A stretch of 64,000 nt of DNA from Phyllobates terribilis. Taxonomy: Eukaryota. The notes beneath the pieces are model-generated. The model saw nothing but the letters and a program-made list of their open reading frames with translations. It made no database searches and was not told the origin of the DNA. The translations under genes were made by a program, and so were the position numbers. This document shows positions 12,487 through 24,712 of the stretch, in pieces (position 1 is the first letter of the stretch; each line of letters opens with the position of its first letter). Where the stretch lies: contig NW_027362763.1 in assembly GCF_046119375.1 (NCBI RefSeq), positions 903,650,001 through 903,714,000 of the forward strand, written 5' to 3'.

Positions 12487-15124
12487 CTGGCAAAAATATA
12501 AACAAAACAAATGAAAGCATGAATGAAAAGACTGATAAAAAAGATGTATAATGTCAAATCGTACAATGTAAATAAGAATAATCATCATACTAGAGAATAG
12601 TAATTATTGTAATAATTGACAAAAGTTTAGATAATTATATGTTTGGTCTTATTTCTAGTGGAATCAAATCTGTACAACACATACTAAACTGATCTTCACC
12701 TTACATTCTAGAGCAAGGGATCTGAACTTTGGGAAGGTAGAAACCGATTATGGTAGATGGGATAGTAATTAAAGAAGATATTCTAATAAGAGATATTTAT
12801 GGCGCGTCTATGATCCATAAATGTCTCATAGGTAGGGCTACAAGATAGGGGAGAAGGAAAGGACTGTCCATACATGCATACATTGCTGATTACATGTAGA
12901 CACCTGAGAGTAAATGGCAAATATTAAAAGATCTTTACTAGATGGCAAATACAATAATATGTGGCAAATATATATTGTTTTATTCACTATCATTTGATGA
13001 CTTTCAACTTTTTTTAAAGTACTGTTTAAAGGTACTGAATAATGCTATACAATATTAATTTGACTCATAAGTTGGTCAAAAACTAGCAGTAAAAAAGCAA
13101 AAATGGAGCAGGTCTGAAATTTTCTGCATTCCCTGTTCCTATACTCTACAGGAACCAGGCTAGAGAATGCAGATTTATGGAAACGTGTTGCCTTTTCCTG
13201 GCCGAGTCAACACATTGGGGGAGAAGTATCAAAACGGGTGGAAATGAAAAATGAAGTAGTCATTGTACATCTCATTATTAAGAGGCACTTTTTTAAAATG
13301 GAACCATTAACATGATCATTACCAGGAGCAATTAATCCTGTTTTCTTTTACAACAGTTTCAATATACTTTTCCCATGGGCTGGGGTTCTTCAAACATGCC
13401 CTTCTGAATAACAGATATGTTATTATTTTTATCCATATTAATATAATTGATATTAAAGATAGATATATTATTCTAAACATATCTTCAAAGATTGTCTTGT
13501 GAATAGGAGAAAGCTTTTGATGCAATTTAGAGCCATTGCACAATATATGGAGCAATGCCACGTCTGGTGTGCAGTAGCTCCAAGAATTAGCTGATTGAAC
13601 CCCCAAAATCTGATATTGATGAGCTATCCTTGGGATTGCTCATTAAAGGGTTATTTCCAAATTACAAGTTATTGCTTATCTACAGGATATGGGTTAGCTT
13701 ACTAATCACTGGTGGTGTAAAACCAAGATTGGGGGCTCTGCAACTCCATCTTGAAAGGAGAGGCAGTGCATATGTTTGACCTCCATTCCATACATTGCCT
13801 ATGGGATTGTTGAAGAAAACAGAGCATAATACAATGAATGGAGTTGATATTGAGCATGCGCACCTCTTCCTCTTCCCACCAATCCATATTGAGCAGCGTA
13901 GACCAAATCCCAAGGTTCCACAACCCAGATGTCAGGATAGTTGACAGTCCCAGAGGTTAGACCCCCAGTGGTCAGTAAGTTTTACAAATCTTATAAATTG
14001 GGAATTACATGTGATTTTGGGAATAATCCTGTAATATTAAAGTCCCTAAAACACCTCTTATAAGAAAATCTTATTAAGAAAAAAAAACAGCATACTTAAA
14101 ATTTTAGCAGCAAACAAAGCAGTGAGGAACGTATGCATTTGTAATGCATAACAAGCAAATGATGATGGATATACAAAATATACAGATGGTTATTTGTAAG
14201 TGAATAGTTTGAATAAATTTGTTGTTTCCACTTTTATTCTATGATAGTATATGATTTACCTTTACAAATGATGGTTGATGATGAGGGTGTGACCAGCAGA
14301 GGCATAACACTAGGTAGCTTTTGACCGACTTCCCCACACACAGGAATGCTCAGCTTGGCTAAGTGCTCCTGTGTTCTCTATGAAAGAGCCACTGCCAGAC
14401 CTCTCCAGCAGTGGGTTATCTCCCGAAGTACAAAACAATCAGCTGTTAGACATCTAACATGCAGGGTCCTTCTCTTCCCTGACATCATCTGTTGGGTGAT
14501 GGAAGTCAGGTGGCCCCCATATACATTAGACTGTCGGCTGATCCTGCTGCGCCAATTTTACTCTAATGTGTAGGCTTTAAGAAACATCTTGATACTTATC
14601 TGATAACAAATGAAATTAAGGGTTATAATTAACCTAGCAATCAGACATGTATTAACGATTGAACTTGATGGTCCCATGTCGTTTTTCAACTACAGGGCAA
14701 AAATATAGTTTTGACTCCTCATGTAAAACTGTACTTTGTCCTAATGGCATCCATACATCATTGAATATCTAAGGCCCATAATATCCACCCTCTGCACCCT
14801 TAATTTTGATGAGTTATTTACAGGTTTATATCTGTTTTTTGGAACTCTATCAGGTGCTTGTTTAATCTAGTATGAGTTTTTTCATCCAGTTTTGGTTAAC
14901 AACCCTGCTACCTGAAGGCACGACTTTGTTATTGCACAGACGTCTATCTCAAACAACTTAGTTATGTTGCGTTGTAATCACTTAGTATATTGGTCTTCAA
15001 TCATTCATCTGTAGCATAAAGAATAGAGTTTATCTGTAGAGACTGATTCATTATCAGGGTTAGAAAGCATCAGGGTTATTGCCAATGCTCAAGGCCATGT
15101 TATAACTATGTATAGAGCCGTTAA

Positions 15125-15521
15125 AGGGAATCTGTCAGTGGGTTTTTGCTATGTAATCTGAAGACAGTGTGAGGTAGAGGCGGAAACACAGAATTCAGGG
15201 ATGTGTCACTTGTCAAAGTGCGAACTGTTGTTTACTAACTGTGAAGGATTTATCACTAAGAGATTAACATTGCTGGACTATACTAGTCCGGCAACGCCCC
15301 CTCCTGTGATAAGCATCTCACTGTCTATGGACTTTGTGCACATAAAGCCTGGTGTGGGCAGGGTTAGCTTTCTCAGCTCTGCTTTATTCTAAATATAAAA
15401 CCTCTTGTGTTAGAACCACTGCACTCAGTAAACTAAGTGATACATCACTGGATTCAGCTTCTCTTTACCTACATGATGCTGCGCTCAGATGAGGTAGCAA
15501 AAACCTGCTGACAGATTCCCT
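15125..15521. mobile_element. TTAA-flanked MITE (T2/Kolobok-like)
   Basis: TTAA|AGGGAATCTGTCAG ... CTGACAGATTCCCT|TTAA. Confidence 0.75.
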
Positions 15522-15856
15522 TTAAGATGGCACCAGCAGTAGCCTATCAGGCCATTTTTGCTTTCAGATTTCACATAATTCAGTTCATACTTCATCAAAT
15601 GCAGGGGTAAATCCTCTCATTTTGCCTATAAGAATGGTGGTAATTATGGGTGTCTACATCCCTTTTGGGTTCAGTCCTAACCCAACACATTTTCAGACTA
15701 TTGTCCGACTAACTAGGATAAGAAGCAAACATTTTTTTGGGAGGTTTTATGTCAACCATCTGAATATTTTAGAGTATAAATATAGAATGCATCTAAAGTT
15801 TTTGTCACTTTTTCAAGTGAAAAAACTCACATAATATGGAAGATGTGAAGTCTTAC

Positions 15857-16048
15857 CATACATGGTACTGGAAGCATTAAAACCAGGAGTATTAGTGGTG
15901 ACAATGGTTGGTGAGGTGGTAGTTGTATCGGGTGAAGAAGCTACAGTAGGTGGTGAGGTTACAGCAGGTGATGGAGATGAGGTTACTACAGTTGATGGTG
16001 AAGTTATAGCTGTTGTCATTATACTGGACGAGGACGCTACTGTAGATG
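15857..16048 (-). CDS. Same gene, 192-bp Ser/Thr/Pro-rich exon (mini-exon a)
   Basis: Acceptor ttaattag| and donor |gtaaga. 64 codons, phase 1-1, no stops: (A)STVASSSSIMTTAITSPSTVVTSSPSPAVTSPPTVASSPDTTTTSPTIVTTNTPGFNASSTMY. Confidence 0.8.
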
Positions 16049-16363
16049 CTAATTAACACAAGAAATAAGTAAACTAGGATAAATTAAATGGAAGCATCCT
16101 TACAGAGATAATATATCTGTTCACTAAAGCTCTGGAAACTTTAAGGTTAACAAAGACAGGACACTAAAATGAACCAGAATACTATGAAACATTTAAAACA
16201 TATGAATCAATTTCATTGCAAAATCAATATCATGGTGCTATAAATTAAAAATTTACTGTAATTCCAAAAACATGTCTTCAGTTTTGTACATCAAATAAAT
16301 GGTGACTATTTTGTTATAGACGATTCTCCAAGTCAAAAAAAGATATAATTACTTACCAACATA

Positions 16364-17993
16364 CAGTACAGACCAAAAGTTTGCACACACCTTCTCATTT
16401 AAAGATTTTTCTGTATTTTCATTACTATGAAAATTGTACATTCACACTGAAGGCATCAAAACTATGAATTAACACATGTGGAATTATATACTTAACAAAA
16501 AAGTGTGAAACAACTGAAAATATGTCTTATATTCTAGGTTCTTCAAAGTAGCCACCTTTTGCTTTGATGACTGCTTTGCACACTCTTGGCATTCTCTTGA
16601 TGAGCTTCAAGAGGTAGTCATCGGAAATGGTTTTCACTTCACAGGTGTGCCCTGTCAGCTTTAATAAGTGGGATTTCTTGCCTTATAAATGGGGTTGGGA
16701 CCATTAGTTGTGTTGTGCAGAAGTCAGGTGGATACACAGCTGATAGTCCTACTGAATAGACTGTTAGAATTTGTATTATGGCAAGAAAAAAGCAGCTAAG
16801 TAAAGAAAAACGAGTAGCCATCATTACTTTAAGAAATGACGGTCAGTCAGTCCGAAAAATTGGGCAAACTTTGAAAGTGTCCCCAAGTGCAGTTGCAAAA
16901 ACCATCAATCGCTACAAAGAAACTGGCTCACATGAGGACCGCCCCAGGAAAGGAAGACCAAGAGTCACCTCTGCTTCTGAGGATGAGTTTATCTGAGTCA
17001 CCAGCCTCAGAAATCACAGGTTAACAGCAGCTCAGATTAAAGACCAAGTCAATGCCACACAGAGTTCTAGCAGCAGACACATCTCTACAACAACTGTTAA
17101 GAGGAGACTTTGTGCAGCAGGCCTTCATGGTAAAATAGCTGCTAGGAAACCACTGCTAAGGACAGGCAACAAGCAGAAGAGACTTGTTTGGGCTAAAGAA
17201 CACAAGGAATGGACTTTAGACCAGTGGAAATCTGTGCTTTGGTCTGATGAGTCCAAATTTGAGATCTTTGGTTCCAACCACCGTGTCTTTGTGCGACGCA
17301 GAAAAGGTGAACGGATGGACTCTATATGCCTGGTTCCCACCATGAAGCATGGAGGAGGAGGTGTGATGGTGTGGGGGTGCTTTGCTGGTGACACTGCTGG
17401 GGATTTATTCAAAATTGAAGGCATAATGAACCAGCATGGCTACCACAGCATCTTGTAGTGGCATGCTATTCCATCCGGTTTGCGTTTAGTTGGACCATCA
17501 TTTATTTTTCAACAGAACAATGACCCCAAATGCACCTCCAGACTGTGTAAGGGCTATTTGACCAAGAAGGAGAGTGATGGGATGCTACGCCAGATGACAT
17601 GGCCTCCACAGTCACCAGACCTGAACCCAATCGAGATGGTTTGGGGTGAGCTGGACCGCAGAGTGAAGGCAAAAGGGCCAACAAGTGCTAAGCATCTCTG
17701 GGAACTCCTTCAAGATTGTTGGAAGACCATTTCCGGTGACTACCTCTTGAATCTCATCAAGAGAATGCCAAGAGTGTGCAAAGCAGTCATCAAAGAAAAA
17801 GGTGGCTACTTTGAAGAACCTAGAATATAAGACATATTTTCAGTTGTTTCACACTTTTTTGTTAAGTATATAATTCCACATGTGTTAATTCATAGTTTTG
17901 ATGCCTTCAGTGTGAATGAACAATTTTCCTAGTCATGAAAATACAGAAAAATCTTTAAATGAGAAGGTGTGTCCAAACTTTTGGTCTGTACTG
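16364..17993 (+). mobile_element. Tc1/mariner DNA transposon, DD38E (Intruder-type) spacing, 1,630 bp
   Basis: Long (about 200 bp) TIRs starting CAGTACAGACCAAAAGTTTG, TA TSD, transposase in between. Confidence 0.92.
16778..17830 (+). pseudogene. Tc1-like transposase pseudogene
   Basis: Single frame MARKKQLSKEKR...WSDESKF...FQQNNDPK...SPDLNPIE. In-frame stops at 16994-16996 (TGA) and 17456-17458 (TAG); second catalytic D changed to N; 38 residues between it and the E. Confidence 0.9.
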
Positions 17994-18796
17994 TAGGATA
18001 AATCATATTACAGTATTAGGATAAAATTATGCCACGGCTAAAAAAAATATCCATAAAATTGTATTGTCGATGTTAAATTCATGCAGAACTGGAGTTTGCC
18101 ATGACACAAAGGCCTCACGAGTAACGCAGTTCTGTAATAGTCTAGGCATCTAAGGTTGTCTTTCCCTGTTCCACAGAGTAAGCGAAAAATGTTTTATTTG
18201 TCTTGCTTTTCAAAATACAGGTCTCTCTGTACCTCGTCTACAACAATTACAATTCTCTGAAAAAGGAAACATTCCACTCCAACAAATATTAGCAGGCAGC
18301 CGTGGTCTATGTGCACTACCGCAGCTGTAATAATAAAGTGTAACCCCAGTGACTCTAAATAATGGGCGAGGATGGAAAAGGTCTCACAGCAAAGCTGCAT
18401 GATAGGTCAGAAACCCATTGTCCCACGTTGCTGCAATAATCTAGTGTATTCCTTGTACTGATCAAAGCATTTTTTAACTTCTACTTCACTTCTACTTTGG
18501 AGTTTTACAATGTGGCAAAACCAACATTTTTGCTCAACTATTTTAAAGCTCCGACTGGAAATGTAAAGTCCGAGTCTGGTCTCAAAAGCTTACTTTAAAA
18601 AAATGATAGCAAACACAAACTATTCCGCGGTTTTTAACATTTACCTGTACCTTGTGTTACTCCAGTCACTTCTCACAATTAACACTGGTGTTTGTACCAT
18701 AGTTTCACAATATCAAAATTTCTAATTCTAATAGTGAAAATTACATTATAAAATGTAAAAATGTTAAGAATGTTTTATATAGCCAGAGAGATAAAG

Positions 18797-18940
18797 TGGT
18801 GGCTTAGTAGGTAAGAGCCCTGGGTTCAAATCCAAGCAAAGACAATATTTGCATGGAGGTTATATGCTCTCATTGTGTTTGCATGGATTTAATCCCAGAA
18901 GGGCTATGGAATTTATTTTGTGATCCCCAGTGGGGACAAA
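18797..18940 (+). mobile_element. Degenerate SINE of the same family
   Basis: GGTGGCTTAGT...CTGGGTTCAAATCC...TGTGATCCCCAGTGGGGACA. Confidence 0.55.
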
Positions 18941-19500
18941 GGGCCTGATTCATTATTTGCATTTATTTTGACATATTTCTTTTTTTTGTTATCTTGTGCT
19001 TTTCGCTGATGTTTACTGTGCCAAATCCATCACAATATTGCACGCCGTTCATTAATTTTGCGCAATCAGAAATGGTCTTTTTTTCTGCCTTTAACCATTT
19101 TTTGCGACATTTAGAGCAAAAAGTCACATCTTTTTCAAAATGTCTTACAAATTGCTCCAAAATTTCTGGTGTATATAAATTCGCTTAAGGAGGTACATTG
19201 GCAACATTTTTTTTTTTTTGAAAAGTCGCAAACGATGAATCAGGCAAAAACATTTAGAAACCCTAAACCAGGCCCGCAATTGCAAACTAAAAAAAAAAGA
19301 AAAGAAAAAACAGGAGAGCAAATAAAGTTGACTTCAAACACAGCGCAAATGTAAAGATTAATTTGGTGGAAACCAAAAAGGCGCAAGACACCAAAAAAAC
19401 AAGTATAATAGATATGATAGGTAGATTCTAATATCCTAAGTCATAGAAAACACCATACAAATGGATACTTTAACACCTGACTCTCATAGTATTCTTGTAC

Positions 19501-19569
19501 CTTGACAAACACCTGCCAGCTTTTCACAAGTAGTTGGTTCTGTTGAAGCAGTTGTTGGCAAAAATGTAC
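19501..19569 (-). CDS. Same gene, 69-bp two-Cys linker exon
   Basis: Acceptor ggactttcag| and donor |gtacaa. Encodes (G)TFLPTTASTEPTTCEKLAGVCQ, which has the same C-x6-C-Q ending as the ADGRG6 exon after PTX ([23 protein letters not shown]). Confidence 0.85.
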
Positions 19570-19665
19570 CTGAAAGTCCAAAAATAAGGGATTCATTGTT
19601 AGAATTGTTTCTGTATTAAAAACGCAATAATGTCATGAGCAGCAAAATGCATATTAATTATATAC

Positions 19666-19827
19666 NNNNNNNNNNNNNNNNNNNNNNNNNNNNNNNNNNN
19701 NNNNNNNNNNNNNNNNNNNNNNNNNNNNNNNNNNNNNNNNNNNNNNNNNNNNNNNNNNNNNNNNNNNNNNNNNNNNNNNNNNNNNNNNNNNNNNNNNNNN
19801 NNNNNNNNNNNNNNNNNNNNNNNNNNN
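19666..19827. other. Assembly gap (162 N) flanked by TA-rich microsatellite
   Basis: Run of N between tatac and gtatatac. Confidence 0.99.
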
Positions 19828-20336
19828 GTATATACACCGTGTATATATATAGACACTCAAACCATTCTCTGTTCACCTTTTAGTGACAGGTTTAGTCTGA
19901 TTTATATAACCCATTAAGTTTTGAAATGGTAGAGGCAATATTTTTTCATCTTTTGCCTCAATACTTAATGATAGCCTTTTCATCTTCCTGTTCATGTATC
20001 ATTACCCTTTCAATGTACATATACATCGCAGTTATATTTTTTACTCCATCACCTAGAACAAATAACATGTTAACTCTATTGTAACAGTCAGTACCATTAT
20101 GGCAATACCAAGTATGGTTTCTGTGACCTGTCATGTAATAATCATTGCATTAGGTTTTTTTACAGGAAGGAACAACATTTCTGGTTAAAAACAGTCATTT
20201 TGTTCTCTAGAAGCCTTTTTTTTTTACTATTGAAACACATTATAACCAAGTCCTCATCTATATTGTACGCACCATGATTCAAACTGCTGTACACCAACTA
20301 AATGTTCTAATTCTATTTAATATTAATTAAACTTAA

Positions 20337-20842
20337 AGGAAACCTGTCACTGAAAAAACACTATTAACCTGCAGATGGGGGATTAATCTGAGAATTAATA
20401 GCGATCTGAACCTGCCCGACGCCAGCATTTAGAGCCCCGCTGCTGGAAGGAAAATAACTTTAGCCCCCCCCGGCAGCATTCCGGTTTCAGTTATGGGGGT
20501 GGCGCCAGCATTGGTTCATTCACCACGCTGTGTATAGAAAGCAACAGCTGTAACCGAGCACCTGGCACTGACTGACAGTCAACGCTAATGCTGAGCGAGC
20601 TGTCAGTCAGTGCAGGGGGCACGAATGCAGGCACCACTATACACTGAGCGGTGACTGAACCCGCTCTGGCATCACCCACATAACTGAAGGCCAAATGTTG
20701 CCAGGAAGAATAAAGTCCATTTCCTCCCAGCACCGGGGGACTAAGTGTTGGCGCCGGGCAGGTTGAGTCAGAACACTATTAACCTGCAGATTAACCCCAT
20801 ATTTGCATGCTAATAGCATTAATTTCACATGACAGGCTCCCT
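20337..20842. mobile_element. TTAA-flanked MITE (T2/Kolobok-like)
   Basis: TTAA|AGGAAACCTGTCA ... TGACAGGCTCCCT|TTAA with internal inverted repeats. Confidence 0.7.
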
Positions 20843-21190
20843 TTAAAGGAGTTGTCTCATCAAAGACAACACTTTCAGGATGTGACCTATTCGTGGCATC
20901 CCAGGTAATTAGCTATTTTTTTTTTTTTTAAATTCTGGGGAAAGACAAGTACAGCTATACATTTCCTCTGCAGTAGCAACATTACTATTAATAGCCAATC
21001 TTTTAATACAATGATGGCTAAAGTCTGCCAGAATAGGTATAAACAATAACGAGGGTCTCCCAATTCTGGTTCAAAGAGGTGGGACCCAAAAGAGGGATAC
21101 CCTTCTATAATGTCCATACTGTATTACCTAATAGGACAAATGAATAGGGGTTGTCTTCAATCAAAACTGCATGAGAGGATTTGGTACTAA

Positions 21191-22336
21191 TGACGCGCCC
21201 CCTGGGCCATGTTGTTAGGGATACCCGGAGCCGGATCAGATGGGGGTTGTAGTCTCCGAGTGGCTGTGACCCGGTCCGTGCCCAGGGTGTCAAACTCAGT
21301 GTGCGGCAGTCCTTGCAGATGTTATTAGTGTCGACTACGCCACCCGTTGATTTGCGGTCAAAAGGCCGCCGCTGCAGGATGGTCCGCTGAGGCTGGTGGT
21401 GTGTGTGCAGCTGTGGTAGTATAACCCCCAACGGGAGGGGTATAGCCTCAGGGGGTCAGACGTGGAGGATGGTGGTTGTGAAGGTGCAGCAAGGAGACTC
21501 AGAGGCATGAAATGCAGTTCAGGGTTTTTACTCACTGGTGTTGCTCGGGTCACTCTGTACAGCAGTGACCACCCAAGCCGTGCTGCGTCCACCAGGTGCG
21601 GGACTCGGTCAACTCCCGGGCAATTCCTGAGTATGGTCCTGAGCTCCCTTCTTCTCTCTCTCTCTGGCCGTTCCCACCAGGGATCCACCTGTGTCCGGCT
21701 CCCTCGGGTCTCTTGGTGGTTGAACCTTCTCTGGCTTCCCTGACCCTATGCTCGGTGTGCCATTCTGGTGGATTTGGTGAGGGTCGTGGCAAATCTTGCC
21801 CACGGCCTCCGGTTCCTGGCTAAGGTTTGCTTTGGCCTCCGCCAGCTTGGGATCCGGTACCCTTTTGCCGACCCTTCACCCTTATCAGTTCTCATACGGG
21901 CTCTTGGGGTCCCCTCTCGTCCTGCGCCTCTGGGTCCCTCTTCCTTCTCCTCTCCTGGAGTTACTGCTGACTCACAGACTGACTGACTGACTGACCCTGT
22001 CCTAAGATGGTGCCCACCTTATATACTCCCTCTATGTGTGAGCTCAGGTGACCAGCACCCAATGAGCTCCTACATTTACCCAGACTACTCCCCCTATCTG
22101 CCCCTACACTACTGGGATGTTCCACCCCCCTCCCACTCCAGCCAGGGACAGACGCTGTCGTACCTGCACATATACTGGTGGGAGTACCGTTGTTCTGTCC
22201 CCCAGAAATGGGATGTATGTAGTGCATGCAGCCTACTAGCTCAGTTCCATACTCCATCCTTACCCGGGAGTGGAATACCACACCTCTGGGTTGAGGTGCA
22301 ATACCCCTGTAGCAGCCGAATCCTCAGGGTGCTACA
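21191..22336 (-). repeat. 3' LTR of element A
   Basis: Direct repeat of 24693-25838 with about 5 substitutions seen by eye; preceded on the minus strand by the PPT CCAGGGGGGAA. Confidence 0.92.
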
Positions 22337-22780
22337 TTCCCCCCTGGTAAATCACAGCACGTCCTCGGGCTGTAAAAGAATAAAAACATCCAAAAACATA
22401 CGATTTTTTTTCATAACATAAACATATAAAACATATAAACATTATCAGCAGCATAAACTTTTCATATAAACCTTCTTGTTCCTCCGGCCACGGTGCAACT
22501 TGTGACCGGGTAAAGTGCAACAGTCTCTTCTGGAAAAACACAGTTCCTTACAAAACCAGTAGGGGGCGCCTTAGAAAGCGCAACTATGTACAAAAGGGGA
22601 ATATGGCCGCTCTCAGTCCTCGGCCAGTGGGGAAAAAGAATGGCTGTTCACAGTCCTCAGCCTGTTAGGGGATAGGGACACACGGGTATTCACTTGCTGG
22701 TCCCGACGGGGACTACACTTTGGTAGCAGCAGTTTTTGTACCCACACGGGTAACTATTTACATATTCTATTTACAGTTCA

Positions 22781-24712
22781 TCAGTGGCGGTATGCTCTTG
22801 GCTGAGGGTAATCTTTAGACCCGTCCGGGTCCTCTTGATCCTCCTCACCCCGTAGCTCCTCCTCAGTCAGTCTATGCACATGCAGGGCATACGGGCCCTT
22901 GGCGCACTGATGCCGGGTGAAGGTGACCTCATCACCCAGGTATAGGTCACGACCTCTGTGTCCCTCCGGTAGGTGGGACTCGACATCACTTCTGGTCACG
23001 AAGACGTCGCCGGGGGTGTGATGGTCTCTGATGAAGCCCCAACCGTGCTGCAACTGGAATTTAATTACAGTCCCGGTGGCACGGGGACCGTGGGCTGCAC
23101 GGGGGTTCCTTCGGGTCCGGCTCTTTTGTTCTGCACTCTTTACTTGCAGCCGCTCCTCGCAGACCCGCCTCTCTTTCCTCTCTCTGTCGAAGACCTCTAA
23201 CTGCTGCCGGCAGCACTCCGCACGCTCAGCTGCGGCCGCCCGGGTCTCCTCGGTGAATCCCATTAGGTCCTCACCGGTAAAGTCCCACTCGAACTGGGCT
23301 TCCTCCAACGAGAGTGGGGTGATCTTGGCGGGCGCCGGAGCCGGGATCAGGGGCTCATCCATGGGTCTTTCTTTCCGGAGTCGGGGATGGTGGTACTCCG
23401 GTGGCCACACAGGGGGCTGCCCATCCGGGCAGGTGTCTTCACCCAGGTGTGGCGCTGTGGACGTTGAGGGCGCGGTGGTGGTAACGGCGCCCGGGCTCAC
23501 CAGGCCTTGCGACCAGGCCTGGGGCACCCTGAAGGTGAAGGGCACCGTGAAGACGGCGGCGCCCGGGGTTACTCGGCCCAGCGACCAGGCCGGTGGCATG
23601 ATGGTGGTAGAGGGCGCAGTGAAGACGGCGGCGCCCGGGGGTACTCGGCCCTGCGACCAGGCCGGTGGCGCTTCCTGCTTGGCCGCGCTCAGGGTTGAGG
23701 CGCGTGACGTTACAGGGGGCGTGGCCGCAGCTCCGGCCGCTTGAGGCCTAGCTTGGAGCGATGACGCAGCGGCTACGGGAACGGTGAGTGGGGCTTCGGG
23801 CTCTGCGACGGGGAGCTGGGGCAGGTTTACGGCTTCTGGGCACGGCATGTTGTCGTCCCCATTACCTGCCTTCATCTCTTCGGCTCCCTCCGCGGCGTCG
23901 TCTCCGGCCGTCGTCCATCCTTCGCCGTCCTCAGAGGTGGACCTGCTCCTCGCTGCGGGTGGCATGCTTCACTGGCGGGCTCCGGCCTGCCGGGCCATCT
24001 CTCGGGTCCACTCCGCCAGTGTTTCCTGCTGCACCCGGGCCATCCTTCGTGCTAGGCCCTCCAGCGCGGTCTGTGCACGCTCCCGATCTCCGGGGAGCTG
24101 CGCCAGGATCTCCAGCAGGCCTTCTGGAGTGGCGGCCTGCAACAGGCTCCTGACCACTGGGTCAGTGCTGCCTGACTCTCCCTCCATCTCCGGGTGTGTT
24201 CTCTCTAGACTCTTCCAAGCTGCTCCCATCTTCACTCTTTTGTTCTGTATCCGCCCACATTGGGGGTCGTCCTGGGGCAACTTTGTGATTGCCAGTTCCA
24301 GGGGCAGTTCCCTCACGCTGATGGACATATCAATCATCACAGTCTCTGCTGGTGGGGGCGGTTTCCACTTTTGGCGCCATTTTCGGTCCTGGCCCACGAT
24401 GTGAGGTGGCCTCTTGCCATCCTTTGGCACGCCCATAATGGCGTCCGCTCTGCAAAGGCGGGAAATCTTCTCTGATGGCGGGAATCGCTTCCCAGTGGCG
24501 GGAAACACTGCAGATGGCGGGAAAAGACTGCAGATGACGGGCAAATGGCGGGAACTGATCCGAGATGGCGTCCGATGGCGGGGACCCTCTGGAACCGGCG
24601 GGAGACTTCTTTTTGAGGTAAATGCGAACTTTTCTTCAGGCACGCAGTACCCGGTGGTTGCGGGCACGTGATCCTGCCGACTACGCCAAAGTTGACGCGC
24701 CCCCTGGGCCAT
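22781..24712 (-). pseudogene. Element A ORF: Pro/Ala-rich and coiled-coil protein with C-terminal cold-shock domain, split by one in-frame TGA
   Basis: ORFs 23969..24712 and 22781..23965 are in the same frame, separated by TGA at 23969-23971, and colinear with the 701-aa ORF of element B. The cold-shock domain GTVIKFQLQHGWGFIRD...GDVFVT...LYLGDEVTF...KGPYALHV lies at 22868-23074. Confidence 0.85.
24671..24688 (-). promoter_or_regulatory. Primer-binding site (tRNA-Ser) of element A
   Basis: Minus strand TGGCGTAGTCGGCAGGAT, complementary to the 3' end of vertebrate tRNA-Ser(AGA/TGA) (...ATCCTGCCGACTACG-CCA), located 4 nt after the LTR. Confidence 0.88.

Noticed and set aside
13323-13403. 81-bp segment bounded by AG/GT on the minus strand
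   Set aside because: It is open only as phase 2-2, which is incompatible with the gene, and shows no homology.
19599-19883. ORFs spanning the N run
   Set aside because: Artefacts of the assembly gap.
21105-22421. Short ORFs inside the LTRs (repeated at 24337-25842, 30433-31177 and 34192-34936)
   Set aside because: They are open by chance in GC-rich LTR sequence and are not conserved between subfamilies.
23031-23744. Antisense ORFs to the CSD gene (also 32348..32941 and 32886..33320)
   Set aside because: Shadow ORFs of a GC-rich coding strand; their ends differ between elements A and B.
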